DNA from: a virus
Lineage: Duplodnaviria; Heunggongvirae; Uroviricota; Caudoviricetes
Direction: 5' to 3' (one strand)
Length of the DNA stretch: 64,000 nt
IMG/VR virus record: IMGVR_UViG_2974594660_000001
Span: 1 to 64,000 of that record
Shown in pieces: positions 38,799-49,425 of the stretch. The notes beneath the pieces are model-generated. The model was given only the letters and a program-made list of their open reading frames with translations, was not told the DNA's origin and searched no databases. The translations under genes were made by a program, and so were the position numbers. Each line of letters starts with the position of its first letter. Positions within the stretch are counted from its first letter, which is position 1.

Positions 38799-38965
38799 TG
38801 CATATTCCTTAATATGGTGTATGAATTATAATGATAGGATTCTTTTGTGAATGGGAGTAGACAGGGAATCCTATGGTTATAATCACACTGGAAAGGCTTA
38901 AGAGGTAAACCCGTATGACTATTAAGAGGCACTCATTGAATGCCCCTCTGTTAGTTACACGGCTG

Positions 38966-39565
38966 TTATGCTTCTTGTGTATACTTAGCTTCAAGTGCTT
39001 TGATAGCTTCAGCTTTCTCGGCTTCAAGTGCTTCTGTTCGTGCTACTTCTAACACTAGGTTGATTGCATCACGCATTTCTTGAGATAGTGAAGCATTTTC
39101 TTTCTCTAACTTTTTAGATAAAGTTGAAGTTAAAGTATTGTTCAACCATACAGCAGGGATGAACGCTTTCTTGGCTGTCTCTTCTTTTTCTGGTACAAAA
39201 TCCATGAATTCAGTTGAGAGGCACTCACGACCTAAATCACTATCTAAGAAGTTAACATCTGGTTTATTCTTAGCCACTTTTACAGTGAAGTTGATAACCT
39301 TGCCAACTTTTTCCTGATTAACTTTTACAGGAGCGAATTTCTTTAAGAAAGCCAGCATTGCTTTTTGTTCCGTGCCCCCATCTTTAGCCATTTTTAAGAT
39401 TGGCTCGATGAAAGTGCAGTCACCGTGTTGGTGAGTGTGAACGATAGCAGACACTAACAGTAAATTTGTTTGCGCTTGCGCTTCTTTACGTGATGCAGAA
39501 AGAGTTGCGATAGCGTTTTGAATGTTAGATTGACCAAAGATTAAGTTAGTTACTTGAATAGCCAT
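38966..39565 (-). CDS. hypothetical protein
   Basis: 199 aa ORF. Confidence 0.4.
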   Translation of the reverse strand: MAIQVTNLIFGQSNIQNAIATLSASRKEAQAQTNLLLVSAIVHTHQHGDCTFIEPILKMAKDGGTEQKAMLAFLKKFAPVKVNQEKVGKVINFTVKVAKNKPDVNFLDSDLGRECLSTEFMDFVPEKEETAKKAFIPAVWLNNTLTSTLSKKLEKENASLSQEMRDAINLVLEVARTEALEAEKAEAIKALEAKYTQEA

Positions 39566-39602
39566 GATATTTCACCTTTTATATACATTTAAGAAATTAG
39601 AA

Positions 39603-40001
39603 TTAACGTGCTGGATTGAATGACTTGCCTTTCTTAGACTCACGCCAATCATTCTTGTTCATCGTTGTTGCCCCGCCAGTTGTGGCGAAAGTTCTAGCGT
39701 AGATTTTACGCAAGTGGTTTTTAGCTTGGTTAACTTGTAAAGTAGTGAATGGCTTTTCCCATTCCCCAGTTAACTCATTTAAGCTAGGTTTATTGTCGAT
39801 AACCTCGTTTAAGTTTTTAACAACCTCATGACGACGTAAAGCAATATCATTCATGAAATCAGGTTGTTCCTTTTGTAGTCTTGCTCTTCTGGCTATCATT
39901 TTGTTTAGCCTTTTAAAGTTTCTAGACATTACATTTACACCTTTGTTAAATGACCTTTGACGGGCTAGGGATTCGATAGTATAAGTTAAATTAATAACCA
40001 C
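39603..40001 (-). CDS. hypothetical basic protein
   Basis: 132 aa ORF. Confidence 0.4.
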   Translation of the reverse strand: MVINLTYTIESLARQRSFNKGVNVMSRNFKRLNKMIARRARLQKEQPDFMNDIALRRHEVVKNLNEVIDNKPSLNELTGEWEKPFTTLQVNQAKNHLRKIYARTFATTGGATTMNKNDWRESKKGKSFNPAR

Positions 40002-40690
40002 TCTAACTAAATCCCCAGCTCAAAGCGTCACTTGCGCAGTGCTTGCAAGTTTAGCTTGGTAGCGGGAAATCATGTATACGGATTCCCAAACCCTATATTT
40101 ATAGCTACCTTGTTTTTATAACCGCCCTATAATCTGCGGTTTCAGAACGTTGCATTGTCGCCAATGTTATCAACTAAACTGATTTAGGCTTTTTCCCCCG
40201 TTTACGGCTGGGGACGCTTTCACCTGATACGCTCGATCCGATTTGGCACGCTTTGGATCTCAACCTGCGTTATGTTTTTATGGTCATTCATTACTCGCCA
40301 TTTATAAACCGACTCCATTTATAAACGCTTTCACGGTTGCCAGACCCGACAAACGGTGCTTTGTTTGTCATAGCTTTTAACATTCCTTTACTCACCTACT
40401 CAAAAACGCTTAGCATCTACTTGAGAGCTATAAAACCGATTTACAATGAGAGCTTTCGAGTGCAATCAGGGCGCTATCGAATCCCTTACTACTTGCCGAT
40501 TATCTTATATTAAGTTAATCAGCTTGTCAATCCCTTTTATTATCGTCTACTTTTTAAGCAGATTGTACAATAAAACTACAAATCATTATTGCACATAATA
40601 TATATAGGGGTTAACTCTAATCACTGTTACCTATGATAAACTAACCAATTATGAAAGTCAATCTTTATAACTGATTAATCTATCTAGTTG

Positions 40691-40978
40691 CTACACTAAC
40701 AACTTAATGGAAATTCTAAACCCATCTTGTTTAAAGGGAATCACTATCTTTTTCCCTTGCTTACCATTGTATAACTTTTTAACCTTGCCTGTCAATAGCT
40801 GATTTAATCTTGTACCGCCAGCCATTAATGACAAAGGATAGTTTATATTGATATACGCTTGTAAATGATTTAAAGATTTAAACTTCTTATTGAGATAATT
40901 GCCGTTCTCATTAAGAACTCTTTCATCTAATAAACGATATTCAATAACGTCTACTCTTTTTGGCTTGTCTTTTCTCAT
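40691..40978 (-). CDS. hypothetical basic protein, first gene of the leftward arm
   Basis: 95 aa ORF next to the control region. Confidence 0.35.
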   Translation of the reverse strand: MRKDKPKRVDVIEYRLLDERVLNENGNYLNKKFKSLNHLQAYININYPLSLMAGGTRLNQLLTGKVKKLYNGKQGKKIVIPFKQDGFRISIKLLV

Positions 40979-41787
40979 GATAGTTACCTTTTTAATTTAC
41001 ACTTTTAACAGTGCTATAAAATGATTAGTTTATCATAAGCAACAATGATTAGATTTTTAAAGAGCAATATATCTTGTAACTATGCTCACTATACAGATAA
41101 CCTTTTAAGTTGTCAATAACTATCTTTCGCTTTTCTTAATAATCTTCTCACTAAACACTTTACAGTGTAGACTAAACGCTTGCCCGATTATTCTTACTAA
41201 CTACTTGCTAGTAACTAACTAGGTTATCCATATTGTTAAAGAGCATTACTTCTTATTGCTTGGGATACATAATATAACACTTGTATCACCTTGTAAAGCG
41301 TTAATTTGCATTAACCAATACAATCTATCTACTTGCTTTCTTGCTTTCGATATGGTGCATTACATACTATTTTAATTTATCTGTCAAACATATTTTTAAA
41401 CTATTTTACTATTATCTTATAACTTATTGATTTATATACTAATTTACTTGATCTATTAATATATCTAATCTATTCTTTCTTTTACTATATATCACACGAT
41501 TAACATACATTAATAATATTGTAAAGTTATTATCACGGATATAGTAACTTGTGACAAGTCATTGAAACCGTGTATTGTTATCCTATCAAATACTATAATA
41601 CTCTATACACTGAAAGAAAAAGAAAAGAAAATGCTATGTTTATCAATACATAATTATCAAGATAATAACTCTTATGTAAGCGTGCCAGATTGATAGCTTA
41701 TGAATAAGCCTGCAATCTATCAACCAACGATTGAGTGAGCAAGAATAACGGATATATGCCTTGCCATACATATCCTAATGACTACCC

Positions 41788-42326
41788 ACTATGGAACTAT
41801 TAACACGGTAAACAATGACTATGGAATGAATATCTATGCACTGTTACGTGAATGTTTATGCACACTGATATGATATGGCATACAAGGAACGTGAGAACGT
41901 GAACACTATCTACTATGGAATATTATATTAATCAATGGGTTACGTGAATGATACACTAGTTTACTATGGGATGTGATTATGATTAATGAGATGGCATGAT
42001 TATTTATACAGTGTGATAAATTAATTAGATAAATCAATGACTTACTATGGAATAATATATTGTCTACTATTTAGGATAATTCCTATTTACTATTGGATTG
42101 TGAAGTGATACAATGTTAACCCCTTTCCCCCTTTTACGAAAACGAGAGAGCGTGCTAGCATCCCGTACCACGAAAAGGAAGTATAATAATGAGGATATCC
42201 CTATATTAATAGTGACTATGAAACTATTTACTATGTTATTAATGACTATGAGGGAATGACCTGACATCAAGGACTATGAGGTGGCATCAACCATTTTATC
42301 AGAGTTATATGACATGGCATCAACCT
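41788..42326. repeat. iteron-like array of at least 9 ACTATG(G/A)(A/G)(A/G) direct repeats plus two CATGGCATCAACC copies in an AT-rich ORF-free control region
   Basis: ACTATGGAA at 41788, 41818, 41912 and 42045; ACTATGGGA at 41963; ACTATTGGA at 42089; ACTATGAAA at 42215; ACTATGAGG at 42245 and 42273; GGCATCAACC at 42283 and 42317. Confidence 0.6.
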
Positions 42327-42709
42327 TGTTTCAACTATTTATTTTATTTCCAGTGTAAGGCGTAAGCTTTTAAGAAAAAGTGTACTAACGTACATGTGAC
42401 TATAAGAAATAACCTCTTAGGAATAATACTCTTATAATCTTTCTCTGAATTAAGAGAGATTAGAAATTTATTAACCTCTTAATTCTTTTTCTATTAACTC
42501 TTCCTTACTTTCATTGCTTCCTTTATGACCTCCCATCTAGCAGTGTCTATATGACATCCCATCAATCTTTACCTTCCTTTCTTCAGAGTAAAATAAATTT
42601 ATTTGTAATGATTTCTTTTATCAGAGACTAGAATAGGTTGAAGAGCTTCCAAGGTTTGTATCAGAGGGAAGTAGCGGAGGTGGAGGGAAATGTTTTAAGG
42701 AGTGATGTA

Positions 42710-43078
42710 ATGACAGACAATGTAAATGAAAATGGTCGTAACATCCAAACTGGTAAGTTCTTAAAAGGTAACAGTTTTGGTAAAGGTCGTCCTAAAGGTT
42801 CTCGGAATAAAATGACACAACGAATGCTTGATAGAGTTTGTGAACGAAGTGAAGATGGTTTGTCCATGGAAGAGATTATGATGGATATTGCACAAGATCC
42901 TAATATGCCTGCTGAGTTAAGATTCAAAGCTGCTGCCAAGGTTGCAGATATTGTTTATCCTAAAGCTTCTTCAGTTGAAGTTAAGATGGATGATAAAGAG
43001 CAAATGACTAAGACACAGATTGATGACCGACTGAAGATGTTACTAGCTGAAACAGTTAAACGAGATAAAAAAGAATAA
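42710..43078 (+). CDS. small basic protein upstream of terL; candidate small terminase subunit or DNA-binding protein
   Basis: ATG at 42710 preceded by an AAGGAG RBS. The TTG-extended ORF from 42638 is less likely. Basic GKGRPKGSRNK segment. Confidence 0.3.
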   Translation: MTDNVNENGRNIQTGKFLKGNSFGKGRPKGSRNKMTQRMLDRVCERSEDGLSMEEIMMDIAQDPNMPAELRFKAAAKVADIVYPKASSVEVKMDDKEQMTKTQIDDRLKMLLAETVKRDKKE

Positions 43079-43133
43079 CCCCGACATGGAGAGCGAAGTC
43101 CCCGCTCTTTAAATTATAGGGACTCTTATCTAT

Positions 43134-43207
43134 AGGGGATTAGTATATTGGTATTATAATTGCCTCCAAAGCTAGAGAAGAGGGTTCGATTCCTTCATCC
43201 CCTGCCA
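43134..43207 (+). tRNA. tRNA-like gene (possibly tRNA-Trp, anticodon CCA) with an imperfect anticodon stem
   Basis: Acceptor AGGGGAT/ATCCCCT plus discriminator G and encoded CCA. T-arm GAGGGTTCGATTCCTTC. Candidate anticodon loop CTCCAAA; the anticodon stem has two mismatches. Confidence 0.5.
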
Positions 43208-43270
43208 ATTAGTCATGCTTACTGGGGCGGACGTTAAACTAAGAATCCAGTCTTAATAAGGTAAGGAGAA

Positions 43271-43303
43271 GGCCTCGCAGGAGGCCGTTTCTTTTTTGTT
43301 TGT
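43271..43303 (+). terminator. rho-independent terminator
   Basis: GGCCTC-GCAG-GAGGCC followed by GTTTCTTTTTTGTTTG. Confidence 0.6.
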
Positions 43304-43351
43304 AAAATTTTTCGTCGATAGACGTATTCAATGAGGATATCCGGAGGAACT

Positions 43352-44842
43352 ATGGATTTCGATTTAGATAATATTGACATCGATAGTCTCCCAGAATCTG
43401 TGAAATGGGAAATAATTGATTTACTTGAAGAAAGAGAACGAGTAATAATGTATAATCAAGTAGATAAATTTAAACCATATCCATTTCAAAAAGAGTTTTA
43501 TGCTGCCAGTAAGAAGTATAAAAGGCGTTTCCTATGTGCGGCTAACCGTGTTGGTAAGTCGTTCTCGGAAGCAGTAGAGGTGTACTATCATTTGTCAGGA
43601 CTTTATCCAGATTGGTGGGAAGGCCATCGCTTTAACAAACCCATTCTTCTATGGGCTGTAGGTATTACAGGTGATTCAACAAGGAAGGTACTACAAAAGG
43701 AACTATTTGGAACACCGATGGGGAAAGATAAGGATGCATTGGGAACAGGCGCAATCCCTAGAGAACTGATTGACATTGAGAGCTTAGAAAAAGACGGGAA
43801 CATCATCAAGATTGCTAAGATCAAGCATTTTGACTCGAATGGTGATTTCGACGGTTGGTCTACGCTGGAATTCCGCTCAACGCAACAGGGCGAGCACGTC
43901 CTTATGGGAGCCACGGTTGATTACATTTGGCTAGATGAAGAAGACCCGTTTAAGTCCATGCAAATTTATGCTCAGTGTGTTACTCGTACAGCTACTACAG
44001 GTGGTTTGATTACGATTACTGCAACACCTGAGAATGGACTTACATCGCTTGTTGATCTATTTATGAAGAATGACAAAGGTTATTTATATTTTCAGAATGC
44101 TACTTGGGACGATGCACCGCACTTAGATGAAGAAACTAAAAAAGAGTTGCTTGCAAGTATTCCAGAATGGCAACATGAAATGAGGAGCAGAGGTATTCCT
44201 ATGATGGGTGAAGGTTTAATTTATGACGTAAATGAGGCTGAAATTACTGTACCACCGTTTGAAATTCCTTCACATTGGAAGAGAGTTTGTGCAGTGGATA
44301 TTGGTATTAGTCACGATACAGCAGCAGTTTGGTCGGCATATGATGCCGCAGCTGATACAGTTTATATCTATGACTGTTATCATGCACAAGCAGGTGTACC
44401 ATCATTACATGCAACAGCAATAAATTCTAGAGGAACGTGGATACCTGTTATTTTACCACACGATGCTGACAATACTGAAAGAGGTTCAGGACGTTCAGTT
44501 GCTTCATACTATAGAGAAGCTTCTGTAAATGTTATGCCAGAAACATTCTATAATCCAATTGACTGGGATGGAAACAAGAATAACTTTGTTGAACCAGGGA
44601 TTATGAATATTTTACAAAGAATGAAGACTGGACGTTTAAAAGTGTTTAGCACATGTGGTCGGTTCTTCGAAGAGATGAGAAGATACCATAGAAAAGATGG
44701 TAAGATAGTTAAGAAGTTTGATGACACCATGGACGCAGCTAGATACTCTGTCTTATCAGTGGTTCATCGTGGTGTAAGTGAAGGTGAAGCTAACGCTGGA
44801 TACAAAGCATCCTTTAATGATGGATGGAATTGGAACTACTAA
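43352..44842 (+). CDS. terL: terminase large subunit
   Basis: Walker A-like CAANRVGKS, an ATPase coupling region, and a C-terminal RNaseH-like nuclease motif (VCAVDIGISHDTAA). The start is set at ATG 43352, which has a GGAGGA RBS. Confidence 0.85.
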   Translation: MDFDLDNIDIDSLPESVKWEIIDLLEERERVIMYNQVDKFKPYPFQKEFYAASKKYKRRFLCAANRVGKSFSEAVEVYYHLSGLYPDWWEGHRFNKPILLWAVGITGDSTRKVLQKELFGTPMGKDKDALGTGAIPRELIDIESLEKDGNIIKIAKIKHFDSNGDFDGWSTLEFRSTQQGEHVLMGATVDYIWLDEEDPFKSMQIYAQCVTRTATTGGLITITATPENGLTSLVDLFMKNDKGYLYFQNATWDDAPHLDEETKKELLASIPEWQHEMRSRGIPMMGEGLIYDVNEAEITVPPFEIPSHWKRVCAVDIGISHDTAAVWSAYDAAADTVYIYDCYHAQAGVPSLHATAINSRGTWIPVILPHDADNTERGSGRSVASYYREASVNVMPETFYNPIDWDGNKNNFVEPGIMNILQRMKTGRLKVFSTCGRFFEEMRRYHRKDGKIVKKFDDTMDAARYSVLSVVHRGVSEGEANAGYKASFNDGWNWNY

Positions 44843-44859
44843 AGATAAGGGGTTTACTT

Positions 44860-47040
44860 ATGACTTATGATGTCATCACAGGAAATGTGCAATTAGACGA
44901 AGATACGTTGTCAACACTACAGGCACAGCTTTCTATATACTTTAATTCCGCTATAGGATATCACGAAGGAGAATTAGGTGTTAGGGCTCGTACTGGGTGG
45001 GAATATTATTATGGTAATCTACCAGAGCCAGTAACCATTGGCTCTTCTAAATGGGTAGATCGTAGTGTATGGGAGAGTTGTAACGGGGTACTACAAGAAT
45101 TAATTAGTGTTTTCACTAGTTCAGAAAATGCTGTACGCTTCTCTCCTATGTATGCTAAAGATGCTGTTCATGCTATGGCATCTACAAAGATGGTTAATCA
45201 AATTTTGTTACGAGATAACGAAGGTTATAACGTTCTCCACGACGCTTTTAAAGAGTGTCTAGTTACTCGTAACTCTTTTATTAAAAGATATTGGAAAACT
45301 ACAAAACATATGTTCACTGAAGAATTTGAAGGTATGACTAAGGATGAATTAGATACATACTTAGCAGGTTTGGATGGCGACATTATAGAATTCTCTTCTG
45401 AAGTAGTCAAAGATGTAAAAATAAAAGAAGATGGATCAGAACAAGAAGTCGAAGACTCTGAAGAGGGTGAATTCGAAGAAGAGCAGGATTATTTTAAAGG
45501 TTATGTAGTTTATGAAAAAACTAAAGAGGGTGTTTGTGTAGAGTACGTTCCTTTTGAGCAGATTCTTATTGAACCAACTGCTAAATCTCTGCACGATGCT
45601 AACTTTATTGCACATCGTGTTCGTAAAACTAAAGATGAATTGTTAATTATGGGTTTCGATGAAGATGTTGTAGAAGAAATTACTTCTGCTTCTTCTGATA
45701 TTGATGCTGGTGTTATTGCTAACTCACGTGTTAATAATATGAACCCAATTAACGTAAGTGATGTCGTAATGACTGGTGATAGCAAGGCTGATAAGCTTTG
45801 GTTACATGAGAATTACATTAAGACATCATTAAGTGATAATAGATTACAAATTTTACAAGTGTTTACTTTGAATGGTCAGATTTTAGAAGTCAATAGGGTT
45901 AATGAGTTCCCATTTGACACATTTACACCATTCCCTGTACCTGGTTCTATTTGGGGTGAGTCTGTTTTTGATATCACTAAAGATATTCAAGATTTAAACA
46001 CTTCACTTATCCGTGGTATGATTGATAACATTATGAATGCCAACTTCCGTAGGTATGAAGCAGTTAAAGGTCAGTATGATCGTGAATCTTTACTTAACAA
46101 CAGACCTGGTGCTGTTATTGAAGTAATGACACAAGGTGCAGTAACACCTTTTCAACACCACCAATTACCGAATGGTATTGAGGGCTTACTAGAGTATGTT
46201 AATTCTAAGAAAGAAGAAAGAACAGGTGTTAGTAGGGTTGGTCAAGGTTTAGATCCTAATGTATTTAAGAATGACAACTCAACAGCCACTGTTAATATGG
46301 TTATGTCTGCTGCTCAAAATAGATTGAGAATGGTTGCTAGGAATATCGCGCAACGTGGTATGATGTCTTTAATGATGTCAATCTATAACCTTGTTCGTAT
46401 GAATGGTACAGAATCTATCTATATTGAAACTGCAACTGGCCCTGTAGAATTAGACCCTAGAAAACTTCCAGTTCGTAATGAAATGATTGTTAGTGTTGCT
46501 GTTGGTGATGGTGAGAGAAAAGAAAGAGCTGCTGCTTTACAGAGTGTCCTTATGGCAATGACTTCAGTTCCACAACTTTCACAATTCATGCAACCACAGA
46601 ATGCTTATTATCTTGCAACCCAGTTGTTTGAGTCTATGGGTATTTATGATACAGAGAATTATATAACACCTCTGGATCAGATCCCACCTCCACAACCTGA
46701 CCCAATTCAAGAGTTAACAATTGACCAGATGAAGAAATCAAATGAACAGATTGCTGTACAGACTCAGAAGATTCTTACTGAGGTTACTGAAGGTTTGAAA
46801 CGTTTAGAGTTTGAACAGATGAAGACTGCTGATGAAATCTCAATTCGTAAAGAGGAATCTAGATCTAATCAAGATGCTCAAGCGGATAAGATGGATCTGG
46901 AAGCGCAGAAGGTTTCATTAGAACGTGCTAAGATTGAACTTGAAAGGGAGAGGTTAGAGTTAGAAAAACAAAGACTTCTACTTGAGGCTCAGATGGAAGC
47001 AAGACAAGAAAGAGCTGTTGCTCTAGATAGGAGACACTAA
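44860..47040 (+). CDS. portal protein
   Basis: About 726 aa protein immediately after terL, with a C-terminal coiled coil. The start at ATG 44860 has an AAGGGG RBS. Confidence 0.6.
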   Translation: MTYDVITGNVQLDEDTLSTLQAQLSIYFNSAIGYHEGELGVRARTGWEYYYGNLPEPVTIGSSKWVDRSVWESCNGVLQELISVFTSSENAVRFSPMYAKDAVHAMASTKMVNQILLRDNEGYNVLHDAFKECLVTRNSFIKRYWKTTKHMFTEEFEGMTKDELDTYLAGLDGDIIEFSSEVVKDVKIKEDGSEQEVEDSEEGEFEEEQDYFKGYVVYEKTKEGVCVEYVPFEQILIEPTAKSLHDANFIAHRVRKTKDELLIMGFDEDVVEEITSASSDIDAGVIANSRVNNMNPINVSDVVMTGDSKADKLWLHENYIKTSLSDNRLQILQVFTLNGQILEVNRVNEFPFDTFTPFPVPGSIWGESVFDITKDIQDLNTSLIRGMIDNIMNANFRRYEAVKGQYDRESLLNNRPGAVIEVMTQGAVTPFQHHQLPNGIEGLLEYVNSKKEERTGVSRVGQGLDPNVFKNDNSTATVNMVMSAAQNRLRMVARNIAQRGMMSLMMSIYNLVRMNGTESIYIETATGPVELDPRKLPVRNEMIVSVAVGDGERKERAAALQSVLMAMTSVPQLSQFMQPQNAYYLATQLFESMGIYDTENYITPLDQIPPPQPDPIQELTIDQMKKSNEQIAVQTQKILTEVTEGLKRLEFEQMKTADEISIRKEESRSNQDAQADKMDLEAQKVSLERAKIELERERLELEKQRLLLEAQMEARQERAVALDRRH

Positions 47041-47276
47041 TGAGTAAGGAAATTAACATTGGTCTACTAAAACAATTACATGGGGGAGGACATCTCTCCC
47101 AAATTATTGAAGATATAAAAACTGATATAATTAAACAGATGATGGCTACTAGAGTTGAAGATACTAATAAAAGAGAGGAACTCTATCAATTAAACCGTGC
47201 TATGGATAAAGTTGAAGCCCAAGTTATCAGTTATATAAATGATGAAATTAGGAAGCAGGAGAACGTTAATGGATAA
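47040..47276 (+). CDS. hypothetical small protein
   Basis: 78 aa ORF. Confidence 0.35.
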   Translation: MSKEINIGLLKQLHGGGHLSQIIEDIKTDIIKQMMATRVEDTNKREELYQLNRAMDKVEAQVISYINDEIRKQENVNG

Positions 47277-48333
47277 TGTAGAACAAGTAGCACAAACAGA
47301 AGATATGTTTATTGACACTGAGAATTTTGATTTTACTCAACTGGATGATATTGTTTCTGATTCTAATGAATTAGGTTACAACACAAAGCAGACTGGTAAA
47401 GATTTAATGAGTAAAGAAGAAATCTCTGACTTAGAATCTGAGGGTGAAGAAGAGGTTGATGACTTACCTGATTATGAAGATGATGAAGGTGAAGAAGATA
47501 CTGATGATTTACCACCTGAAGATGAAGACGAAGATGAAAGTGATGAATCAGATGAAGATGAACAAGATGAAAGCGAAGGTGAATCTGAAGAGCAAACTGA
47601 TGAAGAAGTTGATTATGAAAATTATGAATTAACACTTCCAACAGGTGAAACAGTTGTCCTTAGTGAACTTGTTACTGGTTATAAAGATCGAAAAGCTTTG
47701 GAAGAAGAACGTGCTCAGTTTGAACAAGTTCGAGAAGAGTTTACAGCTAAGTCAGCTGATATTACTTCCAAGCTTGAGTTATCAATTCTAGAAGCTGATA
47801 AAGTAATTGAAGATTATAAAGATTTTGATTGGGAAGACTATCGTAAGAATGACCCAGTTGGTTATGTTGAAAACCGTGAATTCTTAGACCGTTATATCAA
47901 ACGTCGTGAAGAGATTGTTAATGAGTATAATGAAACTAAGAAAGCTGAAGAAGAACGAGCTACTGCTGAGTTCCAAGCTAAAGCTAAAGAAGCAAACACG
48001 ATTCTAGCACGTGATATTCCAGGCTGGAGTAATGAACTCTATCAACAACTTATGATGTACGCTGTTGAGAATGGTGCAGAAGCCAGTGACATTGCTAATA
48101 CTGTTGATCCAATGGTATTTAAATTACTTCACAAAGCTATGCAGTTTGATAAAGGTAAGAGTGTGGTCAAGGCTAAGGTACGTAAACTTGGTGCTCCTAA
48201 GAAAGTTGTTAAGGCTGAAGGCAAGGCTACAACGTCTGTTAAACCTGGTAAAACTGCTTTAATTAAGAGATTAGACTCTGCGGACGTGTCAGAACGTGAT
48301 ATTTCTAATGCGTTTTCTTTCTTAGAAGACTAA
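47269..48333 (+). CDS. scaffolding protein (highly acidic)
   Basis: The Asp/Glu-rich low-complexity N-terminal half and its position between portal and capsid fit a scaffold. GGAGAA RBS before ATG 47269. Confidence 0.5.
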   Translation: MDNVEQVAQTEDMFIDTENFDFTQLDDIVSDSNELGYNTKQTGKDLMSKEEISDLESEGEEEVDDLPDYEDDEGEEDTDDLPPEDEDEDESDESDEDEQDESEGESEEQTDEEVDYENYELTLPTGETVVLSELVTGYKDRKALEEERAQFEQVREEFTAKSADITSKLELSILEADKVIEDYKDFDWEDYRKNDPVGYVENREFLDRYIKRREEIVNEYNETKKAEEERATAEFQAKAKEANTILARDIPGWSNELYQQLMMYAVENGAEASDIANTVDPMVFKLLHKAMQFDKGKSVVKAKVRKLGAPKKVVKAEGKATTSVKPGKTALIKRLDSADVSERDISNAFSFLED

Positions 48334-48468
48334 TAATGGTTAAATAGTGTAATGTAAATTAACACATTGCACTATAATAATATGTTGACACAAAATGATT
48401 GACCTTGAGATTACAAGGTCTTGGGGTCAATAAATAAAATATGTTTAATTACAGAGGGGAATTCTCTA

Positions 48469-49425
48469 ATGGCTGATAATACTTTAATTTCTTATGATTT
48501 GAATGGTAAAAAACTATCATTCGCTAACTGGATTTCTAACCTGTCTCCAACTGAAACACCTTTCGTTTCAATGACTGGTAAAGAAGCAATCAATCAGACT
48601 CTGTTCCAATGGCAGACTGATACGCTAGGTCAGGTAGACCTTGATAACGCAGTAGCAGAAGGCTCACCTGCTGAAGATAAAGAACGCAAATCAACAACTG
48701 TGTTAAGTAACATTACACAGATTCTTCGTAAGGTAGTAAAAGTTTCTGATACAGCTAACGCACTAGCTAACTATGGTCGTGGTAAAGAACTTCAATACCA
48801 AATGGAAAAAGCTGGTAAAGAAATCAAGCGTGACTTAGAAGCAATCTTTCTGAACAACGGTGCTCGTGTTGATGGTACTGGCCCAGGTTTAGGTGATGCA
48901 GGTACAGCTCGTAAGACTGCTGGTTTCAAAGCATTAGTTGCTGCTAAAGATGCTGCTGATACTGATACTGGTGCAGTGGTTCATAAAGAAGCTGAGTTAG
49001 GTGAAGAAGCATTGTTTGATTTAACTTATAACCTGTACTTATCTGGTTCTAATGCTAACATCATCATGTTCCACCCTAAACACGCTAGCTTCTTCGCTTC
49101 GTTGATGGAAACATCTGCTGCTGGTTCAAACCGTATGAAGATGTTTGATGGCCCAGAAACACGTTTCAAAAAATATGTTTCTAGTATTGTAGACCCATTA
49201 GGTCAGGAATATAAATTAATTCCTAACCGTTTCATGCCACAAGATGCGATTTACTTCTTCGCTCCAAGTGACTGGACTCAAATGGTGTTACGTGCTCCAC
49301 AACGTACTAAATTAGCTAAAGATGGTTCATATGAGAAATGGATGGTTGAGATGGAAGTTGGTCTTCGTCATCGTAACCCATATGCTTCTGGTATCTTAGC
49401 TGTTAAAGCTGGTGCGGGAAAGTAA
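48469..49425 (+). CDS. major capsid protein
   Basis: About 318 aa, with AGAGGGGA RBS. Its position before a strong terminator, its HK97-like size and the -1 frameshift extension (next feature) support the call. Confidence 0.65.
   Translation: MADNTLISYDLNGKKLSFANWISNLSPTETPFVSMTGKEAINQTLFQWQTDTLGQVDLDNAVAEGSPAEDKERKSTTVLSNITQILRKVVKVSDTANALANYGRGKELQYQMEKAGKEIKRDLEAIFLNNGARVDGTGPGLGDAGTARKTAGFKALVAAKDAADTDTGAVVHKEAELGEEALFDLTYNLYLSGSNANIIMFHPKHASFFASLMETSAAGSNRMKMFDGPETRFKKYVSSIVDPLGQEYKLIPNRFMPQDAIYFFAPSDWTQMVLRAPQRTKLAKDGSYEKWMVEMEVGLRHRNPYASGILAVKAGAGK

Noticed and set aside
38800-38965. Inverted repeats AGGATTC...GAATCCT and GGCA...TGCC between genes
   Set aside because: These may be weak terminators, but they lack a convincing U-tract and could not be assigned to a strand.
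42067-42270. 67-aa minus-strand ORF in the iteron region
   Set aside because: It has no RBS, it lies within the repeat array and its composition is odd. It is probably non-coding.
47363-47641. ORFs 47363..47641 (-) and 47444..47632 (+) inside the scaffold gene
   Set aside because: They are artefacts of the GAA/GAT-rich acidic repeat, which reads open in several frames. The scaffold frame is the one with an RBS and operon context.
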